The notes beneath the pieces are model-generated. The model made no database searches and was not told where the DNA came from. It saw only the letters and a program-made list of their open reading frames with translations. DNA of 46,647 nucleotides from a virus (Duplodnaviria; Caudoviricetes): the IMG/VR virus record IMGVR_UViG_3300044454_000146, positions 1-46,647 of that record; one strand, written 5' to 3'. Positions 26,458 to 35,031 of the stretch are shown in pieces; within the stretch, counting starts at the first letter, position 1, and every line of letters begins with the position of its first letter. Position numbers and translations under genes: made by a program.

Positions 26458-27114
26458 TCAGTACGCGGCTACTTCAGCCCACGTCACCGATATCCCGAAT
26501 TGCCAGGTGCCGGTGCCCGGCACCACCGCCCGGATCGCGAAGCCTTCGTTCTGCGCCAGCACGAGCGGATGTTCCGGGCCGGGATCTTCGCCAAACAAGA
26601 TGGTCGGCCCGATCCACTGCGTGCTGACGGCGGTGCCGATACTCAAACTGATCTGCCCGAATGCCTGGCTATCCAGCGTCTTCGTGCCCGCGGTGAGCGC
26701 CGCCGTAGACGCGCAGCGCGCCTCGCCCAAGAGCGTGGTGCCCATGCTCGTCCGCACCTTCTGGTTATTGCCTGTAATCGTCGCGGCCGTGCCGCCGGTG
26801 CCCGCCGCTGAAAAGGAGCGGGCGGCGGTCACGTAGATGCGCCCGAAGCCCGCCGCGAAGCCAGTCGCGCTGCCCGAGAGGCCGTCGAACTGGATGCGCC
26901 GCACCAGGCAGAGCCGCGTGGCGTCGGTCCAGCGGAATTGATAGATCTCGCTGTCGGCCGTGAGGCCCGCGGCCATGGTGCCAGAGAGCATGGACAGCCG
27001 GTAGATGCCGAATGAGCCATACTCCGGCGGCATCTGCTGGACTTTGAGCGCGCGGAACCCCGTGCCGCCGACATCGGCCATCACCCCGCTGGACCCCTGG
27101 AGCTGGATCGGCAT
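26458..27114 (-). CDS. Putative virion decoration protein, paralog B
   Basis: 218 aa; roughly three-quarters identical to paralog A by manual count. Confidence 0.8.
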   Translation of the reverse strand: MPIQLQGSSGVMADVGGTGFRALKVQQMPPEYGSFGIYRLSMLSGTMAAGLTADSEIYQFRWTDATRLCLVRRIQFDGLSGSATGFAAGFGRIYVTAARSFSAAGTGGTAATITGNNQKVRTSMGTTLLGEARCASTAALTAGTKTLDSQAFGQISLSIGTAVSTQWIGPTILFGEDPGPEHPLVLAQNEGFAIRAVVPGTGTWQFGISVTWAEVAAY

Positions 27115-27123
27115 AGCTTCTCC

Positions 27124-27507
27124 TTAGACCCACACCCAGGCTACCGCCCACGTGCCGTAGAGCCGCGGCGCCAGGCCGCCGACAAGCGGCATCTGATCGA
27201 TCGGCGGCAAGACGCCTGGCCCGCCGGTGCCGTCGCCGCCGCCCATGTGCCGCTCCAGTGGCTCGGCGACCTGGCTGGTGCAAATCGCGTAGACGGTGAA
27301 TCCGCTGCCGGCGACGGGCGCGCCGGCCACCACCTTGATCTGCTCGATCATGTGCTCGTCCGCGCTGTGGTCGCTCGTGCCGGTCGGATAGATCCAGGCC
27401 TCAACGAACGACGAGGAGAGGATCGTCGTCTGGCTGCCGACGATGGCCGACGCGTCAGACGCGCCGGGGAATGCGCCGAAGTCGATCGTTGTCGTACCGG
27501 TTGGCAT
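27124..27507 (-). CDS. Putative virion structural protein
   Basis: GTTTIDFGAFPG...DHSADEH...GFTVYA...YGTWAVAWVW; tight operon spacing. Confidence 0.75.
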   Translation of the reverse strand: MPTGTTTIDFGAFPGASDASAIVGSQTTILSSSFVEAWIYPTGTSDHSADEHMIEQIKVVAGAPVAGSGFTVYAICTSQVAEPLERHMGGGDGTGGPGVLPPIDQMPLVGGLAPRLYGTWAVAWVWV

Positions 27508-27510
27508 GGG

Positions 27511-27963
27511 CTACTCGTCAAAGTCAATCTTCGTCCGCACGTTCACCACCGCCGGCGCCGTACACTTGATGGCCACGCGGCCGCCGCCCACGACCACCTT
27601 CTCCTGCCCAAAGGCGTAGGTGATGTCGATCCCCATCTGCGGATGGACCAGCCACTGGTCGAGCAGCGTGCTATTCGTGCCCTCGGCCGACGCGTTTTCG
27701 CCGGCGGTGGTCTGAATCGTCTCACTGTCGCTCGACACGAGCTTGTTCAACGTTAGAGCGGTGTTTGTGCCGGCCGTGGTGGTGAGGATCAGTTTGACCA
27801 ACACCGGCACGGCGGTGGTCGAGGCGCCGTCAAAAAAGATGCCGACGCGCCGGATGAGCAAGCGCTGCTGGGCGGGCGCGTTCAACTGGATCGTCGTCTT
27901 CTCGGTCGCGGCCGACAGTGCGACGGCGGCGGTATTCTCTGCGGTTACTCTGAGTCCAGCCAT
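27511..27963 (-). CDS. Putative virion structural (jelly-roll-like) protein
   Basis: AAAGGAG SD before ATG 27963; Thr-rich beta-strand pattern ending in an acidic C-terminus, like paralogs A/B. Confidence 0.7.
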   Translation of the reverse strand: MAGLRVTAENTAAVALSAATEKTTIQLNAPAQQRLLIRRVGIFFDGASTTAVPVLVKLILTTTAGTNTALTLNKLVSSDSETIQTTAGENASAEGTNSTLLDQWLVHPQMGIDITYAFGQEKVVVGGGRVAIKCTAPAVVNVRTKIDFDE

Positions 27964-27974
27964 GATATGCTCCT

Positions 27975-28649
27975 TTATAGCTCCATATGCCACGGGACCG
28001 GCGGGCCAGATGCCCGCACGCCGAAGGGGATTGATGCCGTCGCTGCCGCCTTGAGCGCAATGTTGGCGCCGACGGTCTGCGAGAAGCTGGTGGTATCGGT
28101 AATCACCTTCGCCCCACTGGCGCCAGGAGATGCCTGGATCGCATCGCAGACGGTCGTATCATCAAACTCGACTCGTTTCGTAAAGCCACTCGGCGCGGTG
28201 ACGGTGTTGACGCCCAAGAAGGATTGCCCGACCAGCACGATCATTGCGTTGGCGCTCACGGTCGTGATCGACGGACAGGTAATCTGGTTCGTCTCACCGC
28301 CGTTCGGCTGCTTCGTTGGCGTGGCATCTGCCGGATCGCCGCTGGTCGTCGCGCCGGAGTATGCCAACAGCACGCCGTCGCGCCACACGCTCCCGGTCCA
28401 ACTCGCCGTGTAACTCCCACTCTCGCTCGCGGCGCGTTTCCACGCCACATGCATAGCGAAACTGCTGTCACTCGCGGTCTGACTGAACCATTCCACAAAC
28501 CCGCTCGGCCATGTGACCGCGTTTGTGTTCTCTTTGTAGACGACAAAGATCAGGATGTCGTTATCAGCGAGGCCCGACGGCGCGGTGTTGACGACGCTTG
28601 TGCCAGCAGCGCCTCCCGCGGTAGTGCTATTGCGATAGGCAATTGCCAC
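27975..28649 (-). CDS. Ser/Thr-rich two-repeat beta-sandwich virion protein
   Basis: APSGLADNDILIFVV..TWPSGF..AWKRA and TAPSGFTKR internal duplication; abuts the upstream stop. Confidence 0.75.
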   Translation of the reverse strand: MAIAYRNSTTAGGAAGTSVVNTAPSGLADNDILIFVVYKENTNAVTWPSGFVEWFSQTASDSSFAMHVAWKRAASESGSYTASWTGSVWRDGVLLAYSGATTSGDPADATPTKQPNGGETNQITCPSITTVSANAMIVLVGQSFLGVNTVTAPSGFTKRVEFDDTTVCDAIQASPGASGAKVITDTTSFSQTVGANIALKAAATASIPFGVRASGPPVPWHMEL

Positions 28650-28928
28650 CTAGCGTTTCACTTCCCACTTGCGAATGATGACTGTCACGGCGGACAGCGC
28701 CAGCCAGGTCAGCCACCAGTTCCCCGCCCAGTCGAGCCACAGCGCGACGGGGAGGGCGATCCAGACCGAGACACACATGCTGCACTCCAGGCCGCGCCCG
28801 AGCCAGCCTACCGGCGGGAACAGCGCCCGCACCTTCGAGAACACCGCGAACGGCCCTTCTTCGTCGGTCAGCATCCGGCTCAGGCGGTAGACCGCCAGGC
28901 CGGCCAGCACGAACGCCATCACATCCAT
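28650..28928 (-). CDS. DUF1360-like membrane protein
   Basis: LAVYRLSRMLTDEEGPF...CSMCVSVW motif. Confidence 0.8.
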   Translation of the reverse strand: MDVMAFVLAGLAVYRLSRMLTDEEGPFAVFSKVRALFPPVGWLGRGLECSMCVSVWIALPVALWLDWAGNWWLTWLALSAVTVIIRKWEVKR

Positions 28929-29947
28929 GCCTGCACCGCCCGGATGATGTGCCGCCGATCGGCCTCATGCAGCCACCAGCCGACCGGGATCGCCACGTTG
29001 CGCGACGCGAAGTGGTCGACCCCCGGCAGCGGCCCATTCGGGAAGGCAAAGGCCGGGTGCGTATCGTTCCGGGCATGCACCGGGCTGCACGCGATGCCGA
29101 TCTCGGCCATGGAGCGGATAAAGCCGGGCCGATCCTCGACGAGCAGCGTGTAGAGCCAGTAGTGCGATGTCGCATGGTAGGGATGGCCGAATGCCATGCT
29201 GTACAGCAGCGCGTTCGCCCGGTGCCGCTCTATCAGCGCAGAGACCGCGCCGATGTTGGCCAGGCCGATAGACGCCGCGATGTCATTCATGTGATATTTG
29301 TAGCCAACCTCCCCGATGGTTTGCGCACACCGAAAATCAGCTTTTGACCGCCGGTCCAGTCCGTACCACCGGAGCAGCCGCGCCCGCTCCATTTGCCAGT
29401 CCGGGCACCACAGCGCGCCGCCGTCGCCGCACGTCAGGAACTTGATCGCCTGAAACGAGTAGCAGGCGTAGTCACCCTCGGGCGGTGACAGGTGGTGCGC
29501 GGCGTCCTGAATGACGGGCAGTCCGTAGGCCTTGAGCGCGGCATAATCGCAGCGCGCGCCGCCCCAGTCCACGGCCATGATCGCCCTGGTCTTCCGGCTG
29601 ATCTTCGTGCCCACATCGGCCGGGTCGATCAGCCCCGTCAGCGGATCGACATCGGCCCAGACCGCGCGCGCGTGCCGCGTCACGATGGGGCTGTTGGTCG
29701 CGGTACAGGTCATCGGCGTGGTGATGACCTCATCGCCGGGGCCGACGCCGATCAGGTGCAGCGCCAGATCGAGCGCGCTGGTGCAGCTGTTGGTCGTGAG
29801 CGGCGGCGCGTCCACATCCAGCAGATCCTGCAATGCCGCCTCGAACTGCTCGACCCGTTCACCCTGCCCGATGTACCCCGACTGCAGCACCGCGGCCACC
29901 GCGGACGGCGCATCGGGACTCATGGCAACCTTGAACAGCGGTATCAT
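28919..29947 (-). CDS. DegT/DnrJ/EryC1/StrS PLP-dependent sugar aminotransferase
   Basis: NSCTSALDLAL, GPGDEVIT, VIQDAAH, SFQAIK (catalytic Lys), GDGG, GYKYHMNDI. Confidence 0.95.
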   Translation of the reverse strand: MIPLFKVAMSPDAPSAVAAVLQSGYIGQGERVEQFEAALQDLLDVDAPPLTTNSCTSALDLALHLIGVGPGDEVITTPMTCTATNSPIVTRHARAVWADVDPLTGLIDPADVGTKISRKTRAIMAVDWGGARCDYAALKAYGLPVIQDAAHHLSPPEGDYACYSFQAIKFLTCGDGGALWCPDWQMERARLLRWYGLDRRSKADFRCAQTIGEVGYKYHMNDIAASIGLANIGAVSALIERHRANALLYSMAFGHPYHATSHYWLYTLLVEDRPGFIRSMAEIGIACSPVHARNDTHPAFAFPNGPLPGVDHFASRNVAIPVGWWLHEADRRHIIRAVQAWM

Positions 29948-30627
29948 TCAAGCCATCCATTCTCAAACAGCCGCGGCCCCCACGGCGCGTAGTGCGCCCC
30001 CGCGACATAGCTCAGTGCGTTGCGTGCGTGCAGTCGCCGCCATCCCGCCACAGCCCCCGAGTCCGGGATGCTATAGGTGTTATGAAAGCGCTGCACGTCC
30101 CACAGCATCATGTCGTCGTGACATGCCACGCTGGACTCGTTCCAGCGCCAGCCGCACTGCGTGAAGCAGCTCTTTCTGTGCGCGAAGTTGCCCGTGGTGA
30201 GCTGCCGCGCGTCCAGCGGGCATGGGTCGGTCCCGGGCGTCGCACCATCCTGGAACTGATACCACGTGCCGCGCGTCCAGTGCTCCGCGCCATTGGCGTC
30301 GAACCAGCTGCGCACGGCGGACAGCCATCCCGGATGGAACAGATCGTCGTCGCAGAGATAGGTCACGATATCGGCCGTCACCAGGTCCAGCGCCTGGTTG
30401 ATCAGGCGCCCCAGCCGCGCCGTGACGAGGCGCTCCTCTGTCGTCAGCTTCGGCGCCAGCACCGAATCGAGGACCGCGAACGGCGCGAGCAGCGGCAGCG
30501 GATCGAAGTCCGATCCGTCGTCCACCAGGATGACCTGGTTGGGCTGGGCCGCCGCCAGGCTGCGGGTCGCCTCCCGCAGCATGCGCGGGCGATTGTAGCT
30601 GAGCAGAATGGTGGCAACGGTTGTCAT
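29944..30627 (-). CDS. GT-A (GT2-like) glycosyltransferase
   Basis: LLSYNRP, ILVDDGS, YLCDDDLF. Confidence 0.88.
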   Translation of the reverse strand: MTTVATILLSYNRPRMLREATRSLAAAQPNQVILVDDGSDFDPLPLLAPFAVLDSVLAPKLTTEERLVTARLGRLINQALDLVTADIVTYLCDDDLFHPGWLSAVRSWFDANGAEHWTRGTWYQFQDGATPGTDPCPLDARQLTTGNFAHRKSCFTQCGWRWNESSVACHDDMMLWDVQRFHNTYSIPDSGAVAGWRRLHARNALSYVAGAHYAPWGPRLFENGWLE

Positions 30628-31049
30628 TTCTTATGCACCAGCACGGCATGCTTGTCCATGGCCCATGCGACCTGAAAACCCGCGTTCAGACACGCCTTGA
30701 TCGACGGCGTGTTGTCGGCCAGTATCTCCGCCCACACGTCCTGATCAATCGACAGGGCGAGATGCCGATAGATCGCGGTCCCATAGCCCTGCCGCTGATA
30801 GCGCGGGTGGACCGCGAGACTGGCCCACCACTTGCCCGCGTGCAGGCGGATGAGCCCATAGCCAACGTCCGTCGCGGCCACGCGCCCGATCCAGATGCGA
30901 CATGTGTCCGCGTCCCGCGCGGCCCACCACTGCTGCTGCTCGTCATAGCTGATCGCGTGGGTGTCGCGGGTCATCCACTGGCGCCCACTGTTGCGGATAA
31001 TCCGCACCACCTCGGCATCCCACCCGCTCACGGCTGCTCGGAAGATCAT
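30624..31049 (-). CDS. GNAT N-acetyltransferase (PseH-like)
   Basis: IRN..RQWM...ISYDEQQQWW; VHPRYQRQGYG acetyl-CoA motif; DNTPSIK..LNAGF. Confidence 0.88.
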   Translation of the reverse strand: MIFRAAVSGWDAEVVRIIRNSGRQWMTRDTHAISYDEQQQWWAARDADTCRIWIGRVAATDVGYGLIRLHAGKWWASLAVHPRYQRQGYGTAIYRHLALSIDQDVWAEILADNTPSIKACLNAGFQVAWAMDKHAVLVHKK

Positions 31050-31624
31050 CGTGCGTCCGCAATCACGTCGTCGTACCAGGCCGGGCCGTCCGGCCAGTGC
31101 GCGAGCGTCGAAACGAGCCAGTCAAAGTCGCCGCCGTACCGGCACCCCCACTGCCCGAGCTTCCCCGGCACGTTCGGCGCGACCAGGCAGTGCCCGCCGA
31201 TAGCCGACTCCTCGACCGCGTAGCGCTCCGGCAGGGTGCGGCCGAGCCGCGCGGCGCGAAACTTGAACATCAGCGGTCGCGGCGCCGCCTGCTCGGCGAT
31301 GCGTGCCCGAATGATCGCGAAGGCCTCGGGCGTAAAGATGTCGTCATCGTCGTTGAACACCAGATAGTCTTTTGTCGCCTGCGTGATGCCATAGTTCAGC
31401 TGGCAGTGCCCCCAGCAGTGGTGGCCGCTATCGAACGGCAGAAAGCGGTACGGCGCCCCCTTCCCCTCGATTTCAGCCGCCAGCCAGCTGAGCGGCGCGT
31501 CGTGCGTGTCCCCCACAATCAGCACGTCATCATCCGGCAGAATCTGCGGCGCGATCGAGTCGAAGAGCCGGTGCAGCCCGTCGCCGTCGTGCGTCGGCAC
31601 GAGGATGCTCAGATGAGCGGCCAT
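31046..31624 (-). CDS. GT-A (GT2-like) glycosyltransferase
   Basis: LSILVPT, NYGITQATKDYLVFNDDDDIF, YGGDFDW. Confidence 0.85.
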   Translation of the reverse strand: MAAHLSILVPTHDGDGLHRLFDSIAPQILPDDDVLIVGDTHDAPLSWLAAEIEGKGAPYRFLPFDSGHHCWGHCQLNYGITQATKDYLVFNDDDDIFTPEAFAIIRARIAEQAAPRPLMFKFRAARLGRTLPERYAVEESAIGGHCLVAPNVPGKLGQWGCRYGGDFDWLVSTLAHWPDGPAWYDDVIADAR

Positions 31625-32247
31625 CCTGCCTGTCTCCGTTCTACGTACAGCCGCGCGTCGCGGTCCACGCCCGCGCGGCCTTCGGCATACACGCCGTCAT
31701 CTTGCCCACCGAAGTATGGGTGATCGTGAAAGAGCGTTGCCCAGGGCGCCTTCGCGTAGACTCCATCCTCTATCGCCCGTGCGCACAGCTCGGTGTCGCC
31801 GTAGGTATGGTTGTACCAGACGGGCCAGCCGCCATAGCGCTCCAGCAGCGACCGGCTGATGAGCATATGGCAGCTATGGTCGACCTCGTGATGCCCGTCG
31901 TTGAACCCGATCATGCCCGGCCCGTCGCCGAACGTCTGCCGATAGGCCGCGAATGCCCGCGTCAGCCAGTACTGGCCTGGCAGCAGATCGTTCGCCAGAT
32001 TGGCGACGAACGCGAACTCCGGCCAATAGTCCGTCGCCTGCTTCAGCGCGTGCCAGTAGCCCGGCCGTGCGCTCTTGATGGACCAGACCGGTAGGTCGGC
32101 GTCAGCGAGCGAGCGCAGCACGACCGGGTCGCGGTCGACGACGCAGATCAGCTGATACTCAACCGGCCCCGCGGTCGCGATCATGCGCCGGAGGTTCGTG
32201 ACCGTCTGCTCGGCTCGCCCCCGGCAGGGCATGATGGCGGCGATCAT
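31609..32247 (-). CDS. GT-A-fold glycosyltransferase-like protein
   Basis: AIMPCRGR, VVDRD, degenerate LAND, YNHTYGDTEL, FHDHP. Confidence 0.75.
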   Translation of the reverse strand: MIAAIMPCRGRAEQTVTNLRRMIATAGPVEYQLICVVDRDPVVLRSLADADLPVWSIKSARPGYWHALKQATDYWPEFAFVANLANDLLPGQYWLTRAFAAYRQTFGDGPGMIGFNDGHHEVDHSCHMLISRSLLERYGGWPVWYNHTYGDTELCARAIEDGVYAKAPWATLFHDHPYFGGQDDGVYAEGRAGVDRDARLYVERRQAGWPLI

Positions 32248-33299
32248 GCGCGCCTCGGGCGGAGCGCTTTGGCCTGTGCCGCGTCCGGCGTCAGCACGTC
32301 GGTCGCTTGCACGATCGGCAGCGGCTCAGGGGGCGGCACGGGCGGGTCGGCCTGGGGCACGACCTCGATCGGCACGCGCTCTCTGAGCCACGCGGCCTGC
32401 GCCGGCGTCACGTCGGCGTAGCGGTGTTTCGGGTTCGCGCCCAGCCGAATGACGGTGTCGCCGCCAAAGTCGAACGGAATGCTGGTGCGCTCGTCGCCCA
32501 CGTACTTGACGCGCACCTTGCCGCCGTCCATCACCACCGGCTCAGGCGACGGCGTGTTTGCGACGGCCAGTCCGGCGACTTGCGCGAGTGTCGCGTCGCC
32601 GCCACAGCAGCCTGCCATGGGAATCACCCCCTGTTCGTTGCGGTAGAGCTTCCACACCGGGTCCATCGTTTCGCGGTTCGGGTAGAAGTTGGTCATCCGA
32701 TCGCCTTCCCACACCCGGTAGACGAAGATCGGCTGATCGACTCGGTAGCCGCAGATGCCCTTCTGCGCGAGCCGCAGATGAAACGCCCAATCTTCCCACG
32801 CGTCAACCCGCTCGTCCATCCCGCCGACTTCGCGCACCTGGTGCGCCGGGATGAGCGTCGTGATCACATGAATATTGTGCCGCGCCATGTTGATCTGCAC
32901 ATAGTCCGGCGCGCCGCGCAGCTGATACGACCCGTCGCGCTCGTAGGTAAAGGCGTTGCCGTAGATGTAGCCGTGCTGCCCGCTGCTGTAGGCGCGCAGC
33001 AGGTGCTCCAGGCCGCGCGGCAGCAGATAGTCGTCGGCGTCCAGGAACGTGATGAACTGCCCACGTGCGACCTCGATCCCGCGGTTCCGGGTGTGCGCCG
33101 GGCCCATCCGCTCCCCTGTCGCCTCCAGCAGCGTGACGCCGTCCATCGGTGCAATGGCGGCATCCCCGTCGCCAATCACGATCGTCTCGATCCTCTCCGC
33201 GCCGATCGACTGCGTCCGGACGGAGGCCGCGGCCACCCGGCAGTGCGCAGCGTGGCGCGGCCCGGCCGGGATGATCACGCTGACGAGCGGGCTAGGCAA
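32244..33299 (-). CDS. GT2 glycosyltransferase with a C-terminal extra domain
   Basis: VSVIIPA, RNRGIEVARG, FLDADD, GGMDE, WEDWAFHLRL; extension from MAGCCGG. Confidence 0.92.
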   Translation of the reverse strand: MPSPLVSVIIPAGPRHAAHCRVAAASVRTQSIGAERIETIVIGDGDAAIAPMDGVTLLEATGERMGPAHTRNRGIEVARGQFITFLDADDYLLPRGLEHLLRAYSSGQHGYIYGNAFTYERDGSYQLRGAPDYVQINMARHNIHVITTLIPAHQVREVGGMDERVDAWEDWAFHLRLAQKGICGYRVDQPIFVYRVWEGDRMTNFYPNRETMDPVWKLYRNEQGVIPMAGCCGGDATLAQVAGLAVANTPSPEPVVMDGGKVRVKYVGDERTSIPFDFGGDTVIRLGANPKHRYADVTPAQAAWLRERVPIEVVPQADPPVPPPEPLPIVQATDVLTPDAAQAKALRPRRA

Positions 33300-33504
33300 C
33301 GTGGCTCACCATGGTGCGCTCGATCGTGTACGCGGTGGTCGATGCCTCCAGCTCCCGATCGAGGATGGCCGCCAGCTTTGCAATGATGGTAAGGTGCAGA
33401 TGGCCCGGCGTTCCGTGGGCATACTGCGCTGCGTACAGCCGCGCGAAGTCGATCTCTTTCTGCTCGCGCGCGTCGCATTCGTCGAGCCAGGTTCGTGGTT
33501 CCAT
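33292..33504 (-). CDS. Hypothetical protein (70 aa)
   Basis: GGAGG SD; overlaps the GT2 start. Confidence 0.7.
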   Translation of the reverse strand: MEPRTWLDECDAREQKEIDFARLYAAQYAHGTPGHLHLTIIAKLAAILDRELEASTTAYTIERTMVSHVA

Positions 33505-33527
33505 CGGTTGATCCTCCCGGTGGTGGT

Positions 33528-33552
33528 GGGCGGCGGCACAGGGCCGCCGCCC
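33528..33552. other. 10-bp GC hairpin after the capsid gene, no U-tract
   Basis: GGGCGGCGGC-ACAGG-GCCGCCGCCC. Confidence 0.65.
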
Positions 33553-33573
33553 GATCGGTTCTTCCGTCGAGCA

Positions 33574-35001
33574 CTAGCCCGCCGCGCCGCTATTCGGGTA
33601 GAAGTACGGCAGTGGGGTGTTGACCCCGCCGCCGTTGACGAAGTAGGTCTCCACCGGCAGCGCGTCGCGCTCGTGGCTGCTGATCGTATAGCGCATATTG
33701 AGAAAGCGCGCCGCCAGAAACGGCGTCATCAGAATCAGCCGCGGGCGCTCGATCACCTCCACCTGCACGCAGGTGTGCGACGGTGACTGGTTGACCTGAA
33801 GGAAGCGCCCGTTCTGCATCACGCTGAAATACCCCTGCGGCGCCATGCGCTGCGCGGCCGCGATCGCCTGGGCGTTGAACGGGAAGTACTCCCAGAACAA
33901 CGTCGGCTCACCGTTGGCGGTCAGCGGCACGAAGTAGATATCCGACTCGTAGGTGCCCGTGACGCCGCCGGCCGCGACCTCCTCGGTGATCATGTCGTCG
34001 ATGACCACCTCGTAGCGCTTGCCCTCGATCAAGAGGTACCGGCCCTGTCGCATGTCGTCGCGCATCCGGGTCATCTCGGTCGCGTTGTCGGTCTTGATGA
34101 CCGTGTTCACCGCGCAGCCCACCGTGGCGTACACGCACGGCCAGATGTTGGTTAAGGCCCAGAAGGCGCCGTAGCGCATCGTCAGCGCCCACTTGACCTC
34201 AAAGCCGAGCTGCTCGGCCAAGCGCTCCAGGTTCGTGACCGCGTTGGCCAGCACGCCGTAGATGGTCGAGCCGCTCGACGTGGCGTTCACGCCATTGAAG
34301 TCGATCACCAGGCTGTCTGCGGCTGGGCAGAGCACGCCGGTGATCGCGTCGCGCTTGCCGGTCGCGATCAGCATGTCGAGGCCGCGATACTGCATCCACC
34401 CGGCGCTGCCGGCGGTGGTCTGCGGGTTGCCGGTGTAGATGTAGCGTGCGTAGTCGCGGAAGTAGCCGGTGTAGAGCTCGGCCAGCTTCTTCTCGTACTC
34501 GGTCTGGAGCGCCCTTCCCCAGTCGATCGGCGCGGCCGCCACGTTGTCGCCCATGTTCGGGCTGCCGAACAGCACGTTGTCGGTGAACTCGCCGCGGTTG
34601 ACGATCTGCCCGGCGTACTTGACGTTCAGCACCTGGCTCTCGCGGCCCTGCTGCCCGAAGGGGTGCTGCTGGCGGCAGAGCTTGAACTGCCCGACCATCG
34701 GCCACTCCGCGCATGCCGTGGACGGCTCGGTCCCGGTCGAGGACGTCAGGCCGGTCAGGATGCCGAAAATCTCGTTGGTCTCGATCGCTGGCCGGACGGG
34801 CAGACGGCCCGAGAGGCCGCGCGGCATGATCATCGCATTGACGATCTGCTTGGACAGGCCTGGGGTGGCAAGGAGGCCGCCGGGGCCGTGCAGCTGGGCG
34901 CCGGCGGCCGTGCCGGCGTCCTTGGTCGCGATCCCGCTGGCCATCGCATTCAGCAGCGCGATAGCCTCGGGGTTGAGCGATGGAACAGCGGTTCCGTACA
35001 T
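33574..35001 (-). CDS. Major capsid protein (probable)
   Basis: Follows the protease/scaffold gene; 475 aa; AAAGGAG SD; strong GC3 codon bias; YESDIYFVP, ERPRLILMTPFLAARF. Confidence 0.82.
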   Translation of the reverse strand: MYGTAVPSLNPEAIALLNAMASGIATKDAGTAAGAQLHGPGGLLATPGLSKQIVNAMIMPRGLSGRLPVRPAIETNEIFGILTGLTSSTGTEPSTACAEWPMVGQFKLCRQQHPFGQQGRESQVLNVKYAGQIVNRGEFTDNVLFGSPNMGDNVAAAPIDWGRALQTEYEKKLAELYTGYFRDYARYIYTGNPQTTAGSAGWMQYRGLDMLIATGKRDAITGVLCPAADSLVIDFNGVNATSSGSTIYGVLANAVTNLERLAEQLGFEVKWALTMRYGAFWALTNIWPCVYATVGCAVNTVIKTDNATEMTRMRDDMRQGRYLLIEGKRYEVVIDDMITEEVAAGGVTGTYESDIYFVPLTANGEPTLFWEYFPFNAQAIAAAQRMAPQGYFSVMQNGRFLQVNQSPSHTCVQVEVIERPRLILMTPFLAARFLNMRYTISSHERDALPVETYFVNGGGVNTPLPYFYPNSGAAG

Positions 35002-35031
35002 GGGTCGTCTCCTTTGTCGGCGCGCATGCGC

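Noticed and set aside
25792-27114. Diversity-generating retroelement TR/VR pair
   Set aside because: No reverse transcriptase found, both copies are full genes, and differences are not adenine-restricted
28919-33299. DNA hypermodification or gtrABC-type serotype conversion
   Set aside because: No hydroxymethylase, TET/JBP or polymerase nearby, no flippase or polytopic GT-C, and the genes are coupled to structural genes; disfavoured but not excluded
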